A stretch of DNA of 64,000 bases from Anolis carolinensis (GCF_035594765.1 NW_026943820.1:18546647-18610646), one strand, 5' to 3'; positions 25,336 through 37,679 are shown, counted from the stretch's first letter. The notes: generated by a model not told the origin, from the sequence alone. Made by a program: numbers and translations.

Positions 25336-27200
25336 GGTAAATCAACACTAACATAAACCCTATGGTTTCAATAGATCTATTCCAATAGGGTCGAGCAATT
25401 AGATTTAGGCCATTGAGTTCCAATGCGTGCTGTGGCAGTAAAAAAGAAATGGTTTCCACCCACAATAGGAAATTCTTTCTTTATATGTTAGCATCTCACA
25501 CATGGAGATTGCCAAAGACCTGGGTGCCAAGACACAGTAACTGCTGCTCTCTCTCAATGTGAGAAAAATTAAAACGTTGCCCAATGAGTACCAACACCAA
25601 TCTCTATTAGCCACGAGGAGATGGAACACATCCCAACCCTTGTTTTATACAACCACGGTTTCAAAGTATTTTATAAATATAAGTCGTTCATATGAAAGAA
25701 TCCAAGCACTTTATAAACATTGCAGAAATGAAGCATGAGTTGTGACAGTTACACAGATCATAATATTAATAGCTCACCCTCTTCTAAAGAATAGCAGTTC
25801 TCACAGACTGGCATAAACACTCCCTTAGCACAAGGCTATTTCTAGGTACAACAAACTAAGAAAACTATCCAGTCATGCTGTGCCACACAGCTTTATATAG
25901 AAGTCTTATTAAGCTATCTCACTCCCAAGAATACCACGGGACAGGGTTTGTGATAGAAAGTTTTTACTCTTTCCATTGAGAGATTATCACTAACAGACTT
26001 GACAAGGCAACCACAGCAACACTAGTAAAGCACTTAGTAAAATTAGAAAGCTAAACAATAATTGCAAATACCTATTTATATGACAATGCTAGAACTTTAT
26101 ATGAACTTTTATGTGTTCCTACTTTTAAAAAACCACCCCACAACCCAGAAAATAAACATACCAGTTTTACGATTATTGCATGAAAAGACATACATAGTGC
26201 TTAAAAATAAGTTCATTATTATCAAATCAACTGTCTCCTGTCACCAAATTTGAAATAAGCACTGTGGTATATATTGATTTGTACGTTGCAGATAGTGGGC
26301 ACTTTGCTGGCATGAACCCATTATTCTGTAAAGCTCATTCCATAATCATCCACCATTGAAGTTCAGAAGACAGGTTTTCAGCTATAAAGACCAAACTCCT
26401 TAGAGACTTTTCTTGCTTAAGAAATTAATCTACAGAATACTGGTACCTGTTATTATTTTCTAAGTTTGCCCTTGGCATTATTGTCAAGAGTCAGACGCCA
26501 ATTAGCGAACAAAAATAGAGTTTATTCAGCAGATAAGCCAAAAAGTAATGTTAACACAGAAACAAAACCTTGAAACACTTCACTATCAGTGCTTCAAGAG
26601 CAGTTCAAACAAAAATGTAATTCAGCAACACAAGCAGGTAAAAACAAAGCTAAACAAACTTAGTGCAAACTGCACTTTCTGAGTCCAAGCCCTGCTAGCC
26701 GGCTCTGTAGTTTTCAAAGGAACAGTTCCCAAAAGAAAACACCAAATTGGTCAGGAAACAAACAAACTAAGAATGCAGTAGACTGCTTCCACAATGTGGA
26801 TAAAGCCGAAGACTCCAAAAGGATGGTGAAAAGACGTCGTCCGGGATTCCAAGGTCAGGAGATAACAGCGGTGTCCAAAGAGCAAGCCAGGAGTCAAAAG
26901 CCGATAGTAGTCATCAATCACAGGGCGAAGGCAGTAGCAAGGTCAAATTCTGATCCAAGGTCTGAAGAGGGTGCAGTCATCCAAAACAGGTCCACGATAA
27001 GACACAGCAAGAGCCAAGCTAGGTGATAACAGCAGATTCAAATCATAGTCCAAGTCCAGTCTTCATGGAAACACAGAGATCCCAATGGCGCCTCAGCAAC
27101 ACCTTGCCAAACGCAAAGTGCAGTGGCCAAACATTCCCATTTTATTCCCCTTCCTCCTGGGTGACCAAACACTCACACCCAAACACCAGGTGTCCCAAAT

Positions 27201-27596
27201 CTACTCAGAGTCTGAGCTCCACACAGCTAGAGCTCGTGGATCTGGAGTACCTAGCAATTCGTCGGAGTCCCAATCATCCTGCCCACACTTAGCCCCATGA
27301 ACACTTAAAGAACCATCCTCCCTTCTCCAAGCATCCCAATTGGGATCAGCTCCTGCAGAAACCCCAGGTTCAGAAATATCCATAGACCCAAAATCCCCAG
27401 ACATCTCCGGTGGCTGTGCCCATTCAGTGCCCGCTTCCCCAGCCACCACCTGTTCCTCAGCATCCATCTCCCCATCTGAATCTTCCTCAGAAGATCCCCC
27501 ATATAGCTCTCTAAGTCGCTTCCTGCGCAACTCCTCCAGTGAACCCTCATTACGAGGGTTTTTTCTTCCTCTTCGAATTCCATCCCCATCAACCAT
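27201..27596 (-). CDS. LTR family B U3 ORF, 131 aa, basic N-terminus and acidic/Trp-rich body
   Basis: ATG at nt 26 of the reconstructed LTR; only one copy in the window. Confidence 0.4.
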   Translation of the reverse strand: MVDGDGIRRGRKNPRNEGSLEELRRKRLRELYGGSSEEDSDGEMDAEEQVVAGEAGTEWAQPPEMSGDFGSMDISEPGVSAGADPNWDAWRREDGSLSVHGAKCGQDDWDSDELLGTPDPRALAVWSSDSE

Positions 27597-27602
27597 AATC
27601 CC

Positions 27603-28460
27603 TGTCAGGACCCAGGCTGCAGAGCACCAATAACCATGCGCAGAGACCAGATTCTATCTAATATCTTTATTAAGGAATTATATAAAGTCAATAAAAACAA
27701 GTGAAGAATATAGTTCAGAAGCAGACCTTTCAGGAAAGGCCAAATATAGTCCAGGAAAATAATGTCCAATATAAGATATTAGAGTTCAAAGTTATAATCC
27801 ATTAACCGAAACACACACTTTGCCAAGCAATAGTGTGGGGAGATGACAAGGTCTTATAGTCCATTGAAGCTTGACAACAAGGCTGGAACATAAGCTTGAT
27901 TCTTGGCTGGATCAAAGACTTGAAACGTGGCAACTTGAAGCATGAAACAAGGTCCGTGGCAAAACGTGAGACAAGGCAAGACTTGAAACTAGATCCGGGA
28001 AGCAGGGAACAAGGAATACGAAGTCCACACACGATCTCTCTCTCAAGCTGATCAATTGACTCCGCAAGGTTCCCCTTGCGGCAAAACCCCTATATAGGGT
28101 CTTGTTTTCCCGCCAACAGAACACTTTCCCTGGAGAACAAGAAGCGAGACCCAACTCTGTCCAGATGCATGACTCCTTAGAATTTCCCAAGGGAAGCAGA
28201 CCTAATCAGCTAGTTGTTTGGCAGCGATTCTGAGACTCCGGCGATTAGCCTCCCTGACTCCTCTATCTCTATTATAATTGTCCTTTCAGGAAAACGGGGG
28301 AGAATTCTGCCCAAGGCTTGTTTGGTTAACTTCCTGAGGACAAACATCCTCCAGGTGGAGAGGCTCCGATTCAAGCTGAACCGGTGGAAATCCCATGTTT
28401 TCCTCCTCGTCTGCCACAATAGCACTAGGAACGGGACTACAAGGCCCATGAGACATCACA
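27603..28460 (-). mobile_element. Solo LTR, family A copy 2 (858 bp), nested in a family B LTR
   Basis: Same termini as copy 1; TSD ATCCC (27598-27602 and 28461-28465); TATATA at 28091; AATAAA at 27666-27671 on the minus strand. Confidence 0.92.
28202..28456 (-). pseudogene. LTR family A U3 ORF, 84 codons with one internal TGA
   Basis: Reading through the TGA at 28286-28288 (an Arg codon in the other copies) gives KDNYNRDRGVREANRRSLRIAAKQLAD*; 21 nt shorter, in frame. Confidence 0.6.
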
Positions 28461-31400
28461 ATCCCCGAAGGCGCAGTCACAACAATTATTCATTACATTT
28501 CAAAGAAATACTAAGTGAGGTCCTCAGGCTATCCTGAACAATACCTTATTTTAAAACATATGTCAAATGAAGTGATGAATATAATTCCTAAAAATCCATT
28601 TAACACGGGAATGGCATCTCTAAAAATTGTTACTTTTCTTTTTAAAGGCATGCTGTCTCAATTTTAGCTGGATTTTAGCCCTCATTCTTTGAAGTACTAC
28701 AGTAACCTGCATGTGTCCCCCTCCCACAAGGCTATCGTTCAACCCTACAAATTTCCATATGCTTCCTAAACACCAAAAATTGGGTGGAAATGGCTAACAA
28801 TGCCTCCAACAAGCCTGGTATGTTAGGGGAACAGGTGTGTCAAAAACTCACAAATATGGCAAAATAACAGCAAATAGTCTAGTGGTTTGAAGGGCCTAGG
28901 GGACCGAACTATTTGGAAGAAAAAATACTCCCCCCCCCCCCATTTTTAGGTGGGGAAAAAATGGGGAATGTGGCCTTTGATGGTCTCACTGAGGAAACAA
29001 CACAAACCCCCACTTCGGGAAATTGTCCTCATACTACAAATATCAACCATTATTTATGTTCCCATGTTGACAACAAACTGAATGTTTCTCCTTTTTATAT
29101 TAAAACAAATATTCTTTCTACGTTGCAAAGGAAATTACATAGATAATTATTAGGAAAGAAAAATAATATTACATGCATATGCTTTAGTTAAGCTGCCCTA
29201 AAATATGATCTCTATAGCAAGACTCATAGTGCCCATATTTATTATACTAACACTTTTTGAACATTTCCTGAATACACCTGTCAGAGTTAAATGATAACAG
29301 ATTTATCTATTCTTCTCTCTTGTATCAGACCATTTGTGAGAAATAGTTAAAATTCAACCTCTGCTCATTGGACATATGCAAAGATATTTGCCATAAATTT
29401 GGACTGGATGGCCCATGAGATCTCTTCCAACTCTACTATTCTATGATTCTATGATTCTATAAGAATTTAACGTTATTGGAGAGTAAACCTGAGTTAGTTC
29501 AAGACTACTGAATCACATAATTGGAAGAAACACCAAATGCATTTAGTTCAGTGCAGGCAGGAATGCACAACTAGAACATCCATGACAGCGGATCATCTAA
29601 CCATTGTTTATACGCTTTCAGTAAAGAAAAAATATTTGGGGTAGCAATGTTGACCATGCCAGATATTGAAAAACATTTTTGTATTTCAATAAATAAAATT
29701 TCTGTAGTAGTCTGTTTTACTGCCCGCTTACCATCAGGAAGTTCTTCATAGGAATTTCCTTGACCCATTTAGTTAGTACATCACAAAGACAAGTACATGA
29801 ATTATGATATCACACAGAAAAGCTATTTTACTCCATTAGCAATATTAGAGACTCTGGCTTGTTTAAATCTGAGATGATTTGGATTAATTGACCAATGAGG
29901 GAAAAATATTTCATCACGAACATGAAATATTGTCAAGAGGAATGACTAATTCCCCGAAGGTATGGAACCAACATTTCACACAAAAGTACAGTGGCTTCTG
30001 ATTTTAGTTGCCCAGTTAAAAGGATGAATAAACATGAGTATATATAAGCAAAACAAGTGATTTCTGAACATAAATAGACTATGTGCCACAGGAATTTATG
30101 CTTTATTACATGTTTTCCAGAATCTTGTGAAGTGATGACATGAAGTACATTCCAACATGGAGGATAACTATCAATAACCCATATTTTGTTTGCCTGGTGA
30201 AATTAATAAATGGATCCAGTTTAAACCAGGAATTTAAATCAAGAGTATAAACAGCAATTAGTTGTTGTTCCAAGATCAAGCATCTCAGTTTCTGAACAGT
30301 ACTCTCTACTTTTCCACAAATGATCAACAAATCTCTCAGTGACATCTACCTAGGAATTTCACATCTGTGTTTTGAATGCAGGAAAAACAGAAGATTGTTA
30401 TTGTATTTACTACTGTTTTTCCAAAAAGAGCCTAATTGAGAATTAAGAGTCAGTACTGCTGGGCACTTGTCATGGCCTGTTCAAGAGATTCAGTGTCAGT
30501 TCTGCACTTCAATTCATTTGTCTTCTCAAAGCATCCAAAAAGCAATACGAGTGAGGAGAGTGACAGCACAATTCACAATTTTGTTTTTCCTCGAGGCAAC
30601 TGAAGTGAATCATCCCAGGGAAGTGAGTAACCTAACAGGCAGAGAAGACACTAGCCAGAAGTTGCCAAACCCACTAAGAGCACTTTGCCAAACAGCTTTA
30701 TCTATACTACAGAACAAAAATATTCAAAAGATTTCAGAAGATATAAAACAGGAACTGACAGCCTCCGTGCCACTATCACCTGTGTCCACCCACAGATCTT
30801 ACCATTGCCTGTATACCTGCCACTGAGCTGCCAATTTAAAGCATCAAACCAAAAATATGGCTTTCAAATATTTTAAAGATCAAGTTATTTGCTTTAGAGA
30901 TTTATTCAATAATATTACCATAATCAAAACCATAACTTCATCAAAATATAATCCAACCAAGTAAAGATATCAGAGTTAACAACTGCTCTTCATTGTATGG
31001 ATGTCAGATGAGTTCTATATATGGCCTTCTTTTAACACTCAAAGTTTTCTTCTCTCAAAACCCCCACTTTTACTCCAATAGGTCAGCATAAATACCAAAT
31101 TTCTAGTCTAGTCATTATCAAAATCACTCACGCTAAAATAAGAAGTTTGGAGACAATAAGATTAATCAAAATCTTTTCACAAGGATGATCAAACTGCAAT
31201 CTTTCTCCTATGGACTGAGGAATATGGATATGCAGTTCTCACTATCTGATACATTTTACTGATCATCGACACTCTTGTCTGCAGAAGCACCAAGCACAAG
31301 CTACCTCTATCATTTGTTTTGAGAAACTAGTAGCAGGGAACTACAATAAATAAATAACAGCTCAGTTACACTCAGTTCTGTGGGTGATTTTTCTCCTATA

Positions 31401-31849
31401 GACACTGTCATGTTTGATTTCCTTCTCAACACACTAAACAAGCCACACTGGAATGTTGACATGTAAGCTTGGTATAATTACACAACAGCCAGCAAAGAGG
31501 GCAACATTATAAGGATGCTTCATCTCAATATAGATTACTAGGTTGGCATTTGATGACAGGAAGTCAAACTGGTTTTTTAAAATTTGAACTAGAGCTGAAT
31601 AGGAATCCTAAGTTGTATTTTACCAACTGAAACCCAGAGAAACACGTATATGTGTTTCAAATTTAAACTGTCAGTCTCTATTTTAAAATTAAACTGAAAC
31701 AATAGGCTAAGCTATAGAGATCAACAATGCTTTGCCTTAGATCAAACTTGCCGAAACTTCCCAGCCTAGTTTAAGTGCAAGCACTGGAGCAAACTTCCTG
31801 GAAAACAAAACAAGGAAATTGCCAAAGGTGGACTAAAAGCACGTACTTA

Positions 31850-32002
<153 letters not shown>

Positions 32003-33469
32003 TTATCACATTTCATCAATTGTAAGATACTATCAGTTCTAAGATGTACCTTAATTTCAGCAACACCATCAAAATATATATATGTTACACCTGCAATTCT
32101 AAGATGCAGCCCATTACTTGAGATGTTTATATAGGGAAAAGTGCATATTAGAACTGAAGAAATACAGTATTTCTCCATGAGTTATCAGACTAGAAAAGGA
32201 AAGAGCAAGAACAAGAATAATTTCCCATGGAAATGCAGAAATAGATGCTTCTCTGCTTAAAATAATGGGCCCCTACACTGCCTCTCTCTTTGTAAAGAAA
32301 AGAGAGAAAACACTGACCCCAATCTGATGACCAACAGACAAGCTATTGCAGTTTCCATGGGAAGAAAGAAGCAATGGTATAAACCCAAATCAAGCTGGGT
32401 ATAAACCAAAACAAACTTTCAGCTCTTGCACAGGCCTCACAACGTTTCCTCACAGCTCTCAAAAAAGAGCAACGCTTCATAATTCAACAAATAAGATAAA
32501 GCACCTGCGTCAAACTCAATGCCCACAGCCTGAATTCAGCCTGTAATGTCATTTTATGTGGCCCTTTCATATGCCAGACTAAAACACCTGTATTCTTCAA
32601 TAGACATCTTTATCAGAGCTGATGGGAGTTGTGATATGGCTGCAGTTTGTCCTGTTTAGTCAGAATAGTGGGTTTTTTATTTGATGTCTGACGTTAAAAT
32701 GCCCTCTAACCTTTCCCCAACCTCAGAGCCACAAATGTCATTGGTCTGAATTCCTATTATCCCCAGTCCACATGGCGGATATTCAAAAGTGATGTGAGTT
32801 GTTGTTCAACAACATCTGAGGACCCAAACTGGTTAAAAACTAAAGAGACTGACCACTATCTGGATATAGACTGAATCTCTCTGTATCCAAGGATTCTCCA
32901 TCAATGGATTCAATGGCCCTTTGAAGGCAACTATAAGGTTAATATGGATCTCGATGAAAATGAGTTTGACAGCCCTGGATACCAAAACACATGGTAGAAA
33001 GATCAATACACAGCAGCCACAGAGTACAAGTCCAAAACTCATAATTGACAGTTGACTCGGTAGGCCTGCCGGGAAAGATGGATCTTTAATTAGGTCTTAA
33101 ATTTAGACAGCTTGTTTAGCTTTTGTAGCTCTTCCAGCAGGTCATTCCACAGTCTTCTGTTGAAGCCAATGAAAATGTTCTGGCTGGTTGGAGAAAGCAT
33201 CTCCCTAAAGGGCCATGGATTGTGCAGGAGAATGCAATTCTGTAGGCAACTTGGACTCAAACCATGAAAGACCGTGCACCCATGCACTGGTAACCTTAAG
33301 GTTGAACTTCTGCAATGCGCATTACATTGGGCTATCTTTGTACCAAGTTTGGAAACTTCAGTTGGTTCAAAATACCGCAGCCTAATTGGTTACAAGAACA
33401 TCTAGGAGTGAGCACATTACACCTATCCTAATGTCACTCCCCTGGCTGTCAATTAGTTTCCAGGAAAAA

Positions 33470-33958
33470 TACAAGGTGTTGGGTGCATGGTTTGGGTCCA
33501 GGTTACCTTCAGGATCACTTTCTCCTGTACAATCCACCACGAACCCTTAGGTCCTCTGGGGAGCCTCTGCTCCAGCCTCCCAGAATCTGACTGGTGACCA
33601 CCACTCAGAGGACCTTTTCATCGGCAGCCTGAAGACTTTAGAATGACCTGCTGGTAAAGCTCCGACAGCTAAATCAGCTAAATTTAAAAATCATCAAAAG
33701 ACACATCTCTTCTGGCAGGCCTACCCAGACAGTTTTTAACTAAGAATCTTAAACTCATGTCCTTTGTTTGATGTCTTTTTTGTGTACTTTAATATACATT
33801 TTATAGAAATGCAGTTTTAATGTGCATCTTTTATAGAAATATATATTTGTTAAATTTTTGCATTGTTCGTGTTTTTTATCATGTTGTAACTTACCTCAAG
33901 CCCCAGGAAAAGGCGGGTAAGAAATAAAATTATTATTATTATTATTATTATTATTATT
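33470..33958 (+). mobile_element. Old L2 3' end with (TTA)n tail
   Basis: Degenerate GPGYL and TFSSAA segments, then GGCGGGTAAGAAATAAA(TTA)n. Confidence 0.7.
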
Positions 33959-34079
33959 GGCTTTAAAGGTAACCAATTTATTGTTGGTTTATTGACTACA
34001 ATTTATTGTTGTGTTTCTATTAGTTATTTCATTTTGATTGAGGTGTTTTATGTACATCCTTGTACGCTGTTATTTTATG

Positions 34080-34368
34080 TTATTCGGTGAGACTGAAAGG
34101 GGGCCGGGCTGTGGCGCAGGCTGTTGAGCAACCAGTTGCAGCCAGCTGCAACAAATCACTCTGACCAAGAGGTCATGAGTTCGAGGCCAGCTCGGAGCAC
34201 CGCATTTGTCTTGTCTTTGTTCTATAATAAATAATAATAATCTTTATTTATACCCCGCCACCATCTCCCCAACGGGGACTCGGGGCAGCTTACATGGGGC
34301 CATGCCCAGAACGATACAATATAACAAAATATAAATAAAACAAGAAATCATAACACATTAAACAATAC

Positions 34369-34400
<32 letters not shown>

Positions 34401-34767
34401 TTACAGTAAACAAAATCAAAAGAACAGTAGAACAATAAAACCAGGGCGGGCCACATGAACACTAAGATAAAACTCGGGGTGAGAAAGGAAGTAAGAGTAA
34501 AAACCACAGAGAACAGGGTTATAGAGTGGTGGGGCAATCTGGAGGACAGATATTGGAGGAGAACAGCAAAAAGGGATATATGTAGCAATTACTCTCCAAA
34601 AGCACAGCGGAAGAGTCATGTTTTCAGGTCTTTCTTAAAGGCTGCTAGTGTGTGCTATGTTAAGGCATTGAATGTTTGCCTTATATGTGTAATGTGATCC
34701 TCCCTGAGTCCCCTTCGGGGTGAGAAGGGTGGAATATAAATACTGTAAATAAATAAAAATAAATAAA
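34080..34767 (+). mobile_element. Related SINE interrupted by an antisense L2 3' fragment (about 34226-34653)
   Basis: Head at 34080-34224 and tail at 34655-34767 match the SINE at 54574. Confidence 0.75.
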
Positions 34768-35060
34768 GCAGGGCCTCCCTGGAAAATCTTAATCTCCGTG
34801 GTGGTTCATAGCAGGAGATGCGTTCGGACAGGTAAACTGGGCCGGGGCCGTTTAGGGCTTTATAGGCCCAAGCCAGCACTTTGAATTGTGCTAGGTATCT
34901 AACTGGCAGCCAATGGAACTGACGCAACACGGGAGTTGTGTGCTCCCTGTACGTCGCCCCAATTATTAACCTGGCTACCTCTGTTTGGACTATTTGAAGC
35001 CTCCGAACAGTCTTCAAAGGCAACCCCACATAGAGCGCGGTGCAGTAGTCTATCCTAGAT
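34768..35060 (-). mobile_element. L2 LINE ORF2 C-terminal fragment
   Basis: GLPLKTVRRLQIVQ..ARLI...EHTTPVLRQFHWLPVRY..QFKVL..YKALNG.GP.YL. Confidence 0.88.
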
Positions 35061-35294
35061 TTACTGGACTGGTGTGGTGGTTAAGTACAGAGGTGTTCTC
35101 GTTCTGGGATACAACAGCCCGGGCTCTTAATGGCAAGTGACCAAGGCCCCGCAGCAGGCTCCTCTCCTTCTCCCCACCTCAAGCCCAACATCCCCGCACC
35201 GTCACTATGGCGACCCGGCTGCGTTCTTCCCCAAAGAAGGGCGACACTTCGAGGCTCCTTCCCGTCTCTCTCCCTCCCTCCCTCTCCGCCCTAC

Positions 35295-35526
35295 CTTTGT
35301 AGTGAACGCGCAGGTTGCCCTGGGAGAGGCCGATGTAGTTGTACTTGTCCTTGGGGCTCCAGGCGCGCGGGAGCGGCGTCTCGGCCAGGTTGACGGCGGG
35401 GTAGAGGCGGCGGAGGCGCTGGCTCAGCTCCTGCTCCTCCGGGGCCAGCGGCGAGGGCGGCGGGGGCGGCGGAGGGGCCAAGCCCGAGTCTCCCCCTGGG
35501 AAGCTGGTGGCACCCACGTCCGCCAT
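35295..35526 (-). CDS. RANBP10: RANBP10 coding exon 1 (start codon, Pro-rich N-terminus, start of SPRY domain)
   Basis: MADVGATS...[41 protein letters not shown]; GT donor at 35294; 232 nt. The short N-terminus and head-to-head TSNAXIP1 favour RANBP10 over RANBP9. Confidence 0.95.
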
Positions 35527-35924
35527 CTTGGATCCACTGTTGTGTCAGCAGGAGAGAAGCAAAACTCGTCTCCCCGACTGGCCAATGGGAGGCGGGCTCG
35601 GCCACAATGGGGCCGAAAGGCACTCTGGGAAAGCGGGTTCGCTCGCCTATTGGCGCCCAGCGCGTCTCGAGCGGCGCTGGACTACAAGTCCCGAAGGGTA
35701 CCGCGCGAGAGAGGGCTAACGCAACACGTCACGACGCACGCCGAAACAAACAGTCCCCTCAGAAAACTCACAGCAACCCAGTCTCCTCAGAAGTCTGTGG
35801 CCGAAGCAGGCGAGTGGAGGAGGTTTTTCGCCTGGGGAGAAGGAAGAAGCGTGGCTATAGGGCAGGCATAGGCAAACGTCGGCCCATCAGGTGTTTTGGA
35901 CTTCAGTTCCCACAATTCCTAGAC

Positions 35925-36372
35925 TGGGTGGCTGTGAGTTTTCCGGGCTGTATGCCCATGTTCCAGAAGCATTCTCTCCTGGCGTTTCGCCCACATCTGT
36001 GGCATGCATCCTCGGAGTTTGTGACGTCTGTGGGAAACTAAAGTGGAGTTTGTGTCCAGGGTGGGAGAAAGAACTCTTGTCTGTTGGAGGCAAGTCTGAA
36101 TGTTGCAGTTGGCCACCTTGATTAGCATTGAATGGCCTTGCAGCTTCAAAACCTGGCTGCTTCCTGCCTGGGAGATGTGAGCTGTCCCTGATTGTTTCTT
36201 GTCCAACAAAGGATTCCCCCCAGGCAGGAAGCAGCCAGGCTTTCAAGCTGCAAGGCCATTCAGTGTTAACCAAGCTGGCCAGTTGCAACATTCACACTTG
36301 CCTCAGGTAGACAAGAGTTCTTTCTCCCACCCTGAACATCATTTCACAGATATATAAACCCCACTTGCCTAA
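35925..36372. mobile_element. Penelope-like fragment with inverted arms, inside the bidirectional promoter
   Basis: About 36050-36172 is the reverse complement of about 36218-36335; homologous to the other Penelope-like copies. Confidence 0.85.
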
Positions 36373-36555
36373 CTTATTTCGGAGTAAACTTCACGTCCAG
36401 AGCCGTGCTCTCCTTCAAGCAATTCCCTCTCCTTAGGCCGCTCTTCCGCTGGGCACCTGCAGGGGGCGCGGTGGACTTGGGGGCGGGGCCTGTTGCCAAG
36501 GCGCCGCGATGTCAACAGTCTCGCTCCGCGCCGCTTTCTTCCGGCCTGCGCGGCC

Positions 36556-36584
36556 ATGGAGAGCCGGGCCACGGGCTTTCCTGG
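36556..36584 (+). CDS. TSNAXIP1: TSNAXIP1 coding exon 1
   Basis: GCCATGG Kozak context, MESRATGFPG, GTGAGT donor, inside a GC-rich promoter; phase matches exon 2. Confidence 0.75.
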
Positions 36585-36740
36585 GTGAGTCCTCCGGGAG
36601 GGAGGCTTCTGGAAGCGACTCCAGCTGGTTTGCTTACTGTTGAAGGGGTGGGATAGAGCAGACATGGGCAAACTTCGGCCCTCCCTCCAGGCGTTTTGAA
36701 CTTCAACTCCCACAATTCTTAACAGCCCTGAATCAAGATA

Positions 36741-37048
36741 CAGTAGAGTCTCACTTATCCAACGTTCTGGATTATCCAACGCATTTTTGTAGTCAATGTT
36801 TTCAATACATCGTGATATTTTGGTGCCACATTCGTAAATACAGTAATTACTACATAGCATTACCATGTATTGAACTACTTTTTCTGACAAATTTGTTGTA
36901 TAACATGATGTTTTGGTGCTTAATTTGTGAAATCATAACCCAATTTGATGTTTAATAGGCGTTTCCTTAATCCCTCCTTATTATCCAACATATTCGCTTA
37001 TCCAACATTCTGACGGCCCGTTTATGTTGGATAAGTGAGACTCTACTG
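36741..37048. mobile_element. Tc1/mariner MITE
   Basis: TIR CAGTAGAGTCTCACTTATCCAAC with TA TSD. Confidence 0.9.
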
Positions 37049-37638
37049 TACTGCTTTAAGAGAACACCCCTACGGATTTTTAGGTCTTTCACCTGGGCAT
37101 AGAATCACATTGGAGAATCTGGAGAGTCCTAGAGAAGCGTTCTCTCTAGAAATCAATAGGTCCTCCAGTGTGACCAAAGAAAGTTGAGCATTAATTCACA
37201 CTGGAGGACCTTGGAGATTCCCACAGGGAACCTTTTAAATGAAACCTGTGAATAATCAAATCTGCAAAAGTCAAAATCTGAACCGCATATGTCAATGATG
37301 GGCAACCGTTTGCACTTGGTGTGTCAAAATTCACCAAAAAAACCCTAGCATGACTTGGGTGGTGTGTCACTTTGAGAAAAAAACCCCATAATTTCACAAT
37401 ATATATAGTTTAAATAACAAAAATATATAAATGCAATATATAACTGTATTTAATTAATCAAAAACTATTTACTACCATTATTTCCATGTACAACAATCTG
37501 TGGTACCTCTTGCAGTTTCCATGCTGATTTCTCTCTATTTTAGTTTCAATGTAGTCATGAATAATGAATAATATAATAGTAATATAATAGTAATAATATA
37601 ATAATATACTACAATAATAATAGAATAGTAATAGAATG

Positions 37639-37640
<2 letters not shown>

Positions 37641-37676
<36 letters not shown>
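37641..37676. repeat. (TA)n microsatellite
   Basis: Read directly; a second tract lies at about 38111-38145. Confidence 0.95.

Positions 37677-37679
<3 letters not shown>

Larger units (their letters stand above)
26482..28484 (-). mobile_element. Solo LTR, family B (about 1140 bp after removing the nested LTR)
   Basis: TGTTGTG...TTGACA termini, TSD ATTAT (26477-26481 and 28485-28489), AATAAA at 26521-26526 on the minus strand. Confidence 0.85.
35150..36620. promoter_or_regulatory. CpG-rich bidirectional promoter of RANBP10 and TSNAXIP1
   Basis: Divergent ATGs about 1 kb apart. YY1-type CCGCCATCTT over the RANBP10 ATG (35520-35529), CCAAT boxes (35582, 35649), ZNF143/THAP11-type ACTACAAGTCCC (35681), GC box GGGGCGGGGC (about 36480), X-box-like GTTGCCAAGGCGCC (36492). 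Confidence 0.85.

Noticed and set aside
35137-35871. 244-aa plus-strand ORF and overlapping ORFs
   Set aside because: Antisense shadow of GC-rich RANBP10 exon 1 and the promoter; stop codons are rare at this GC content.
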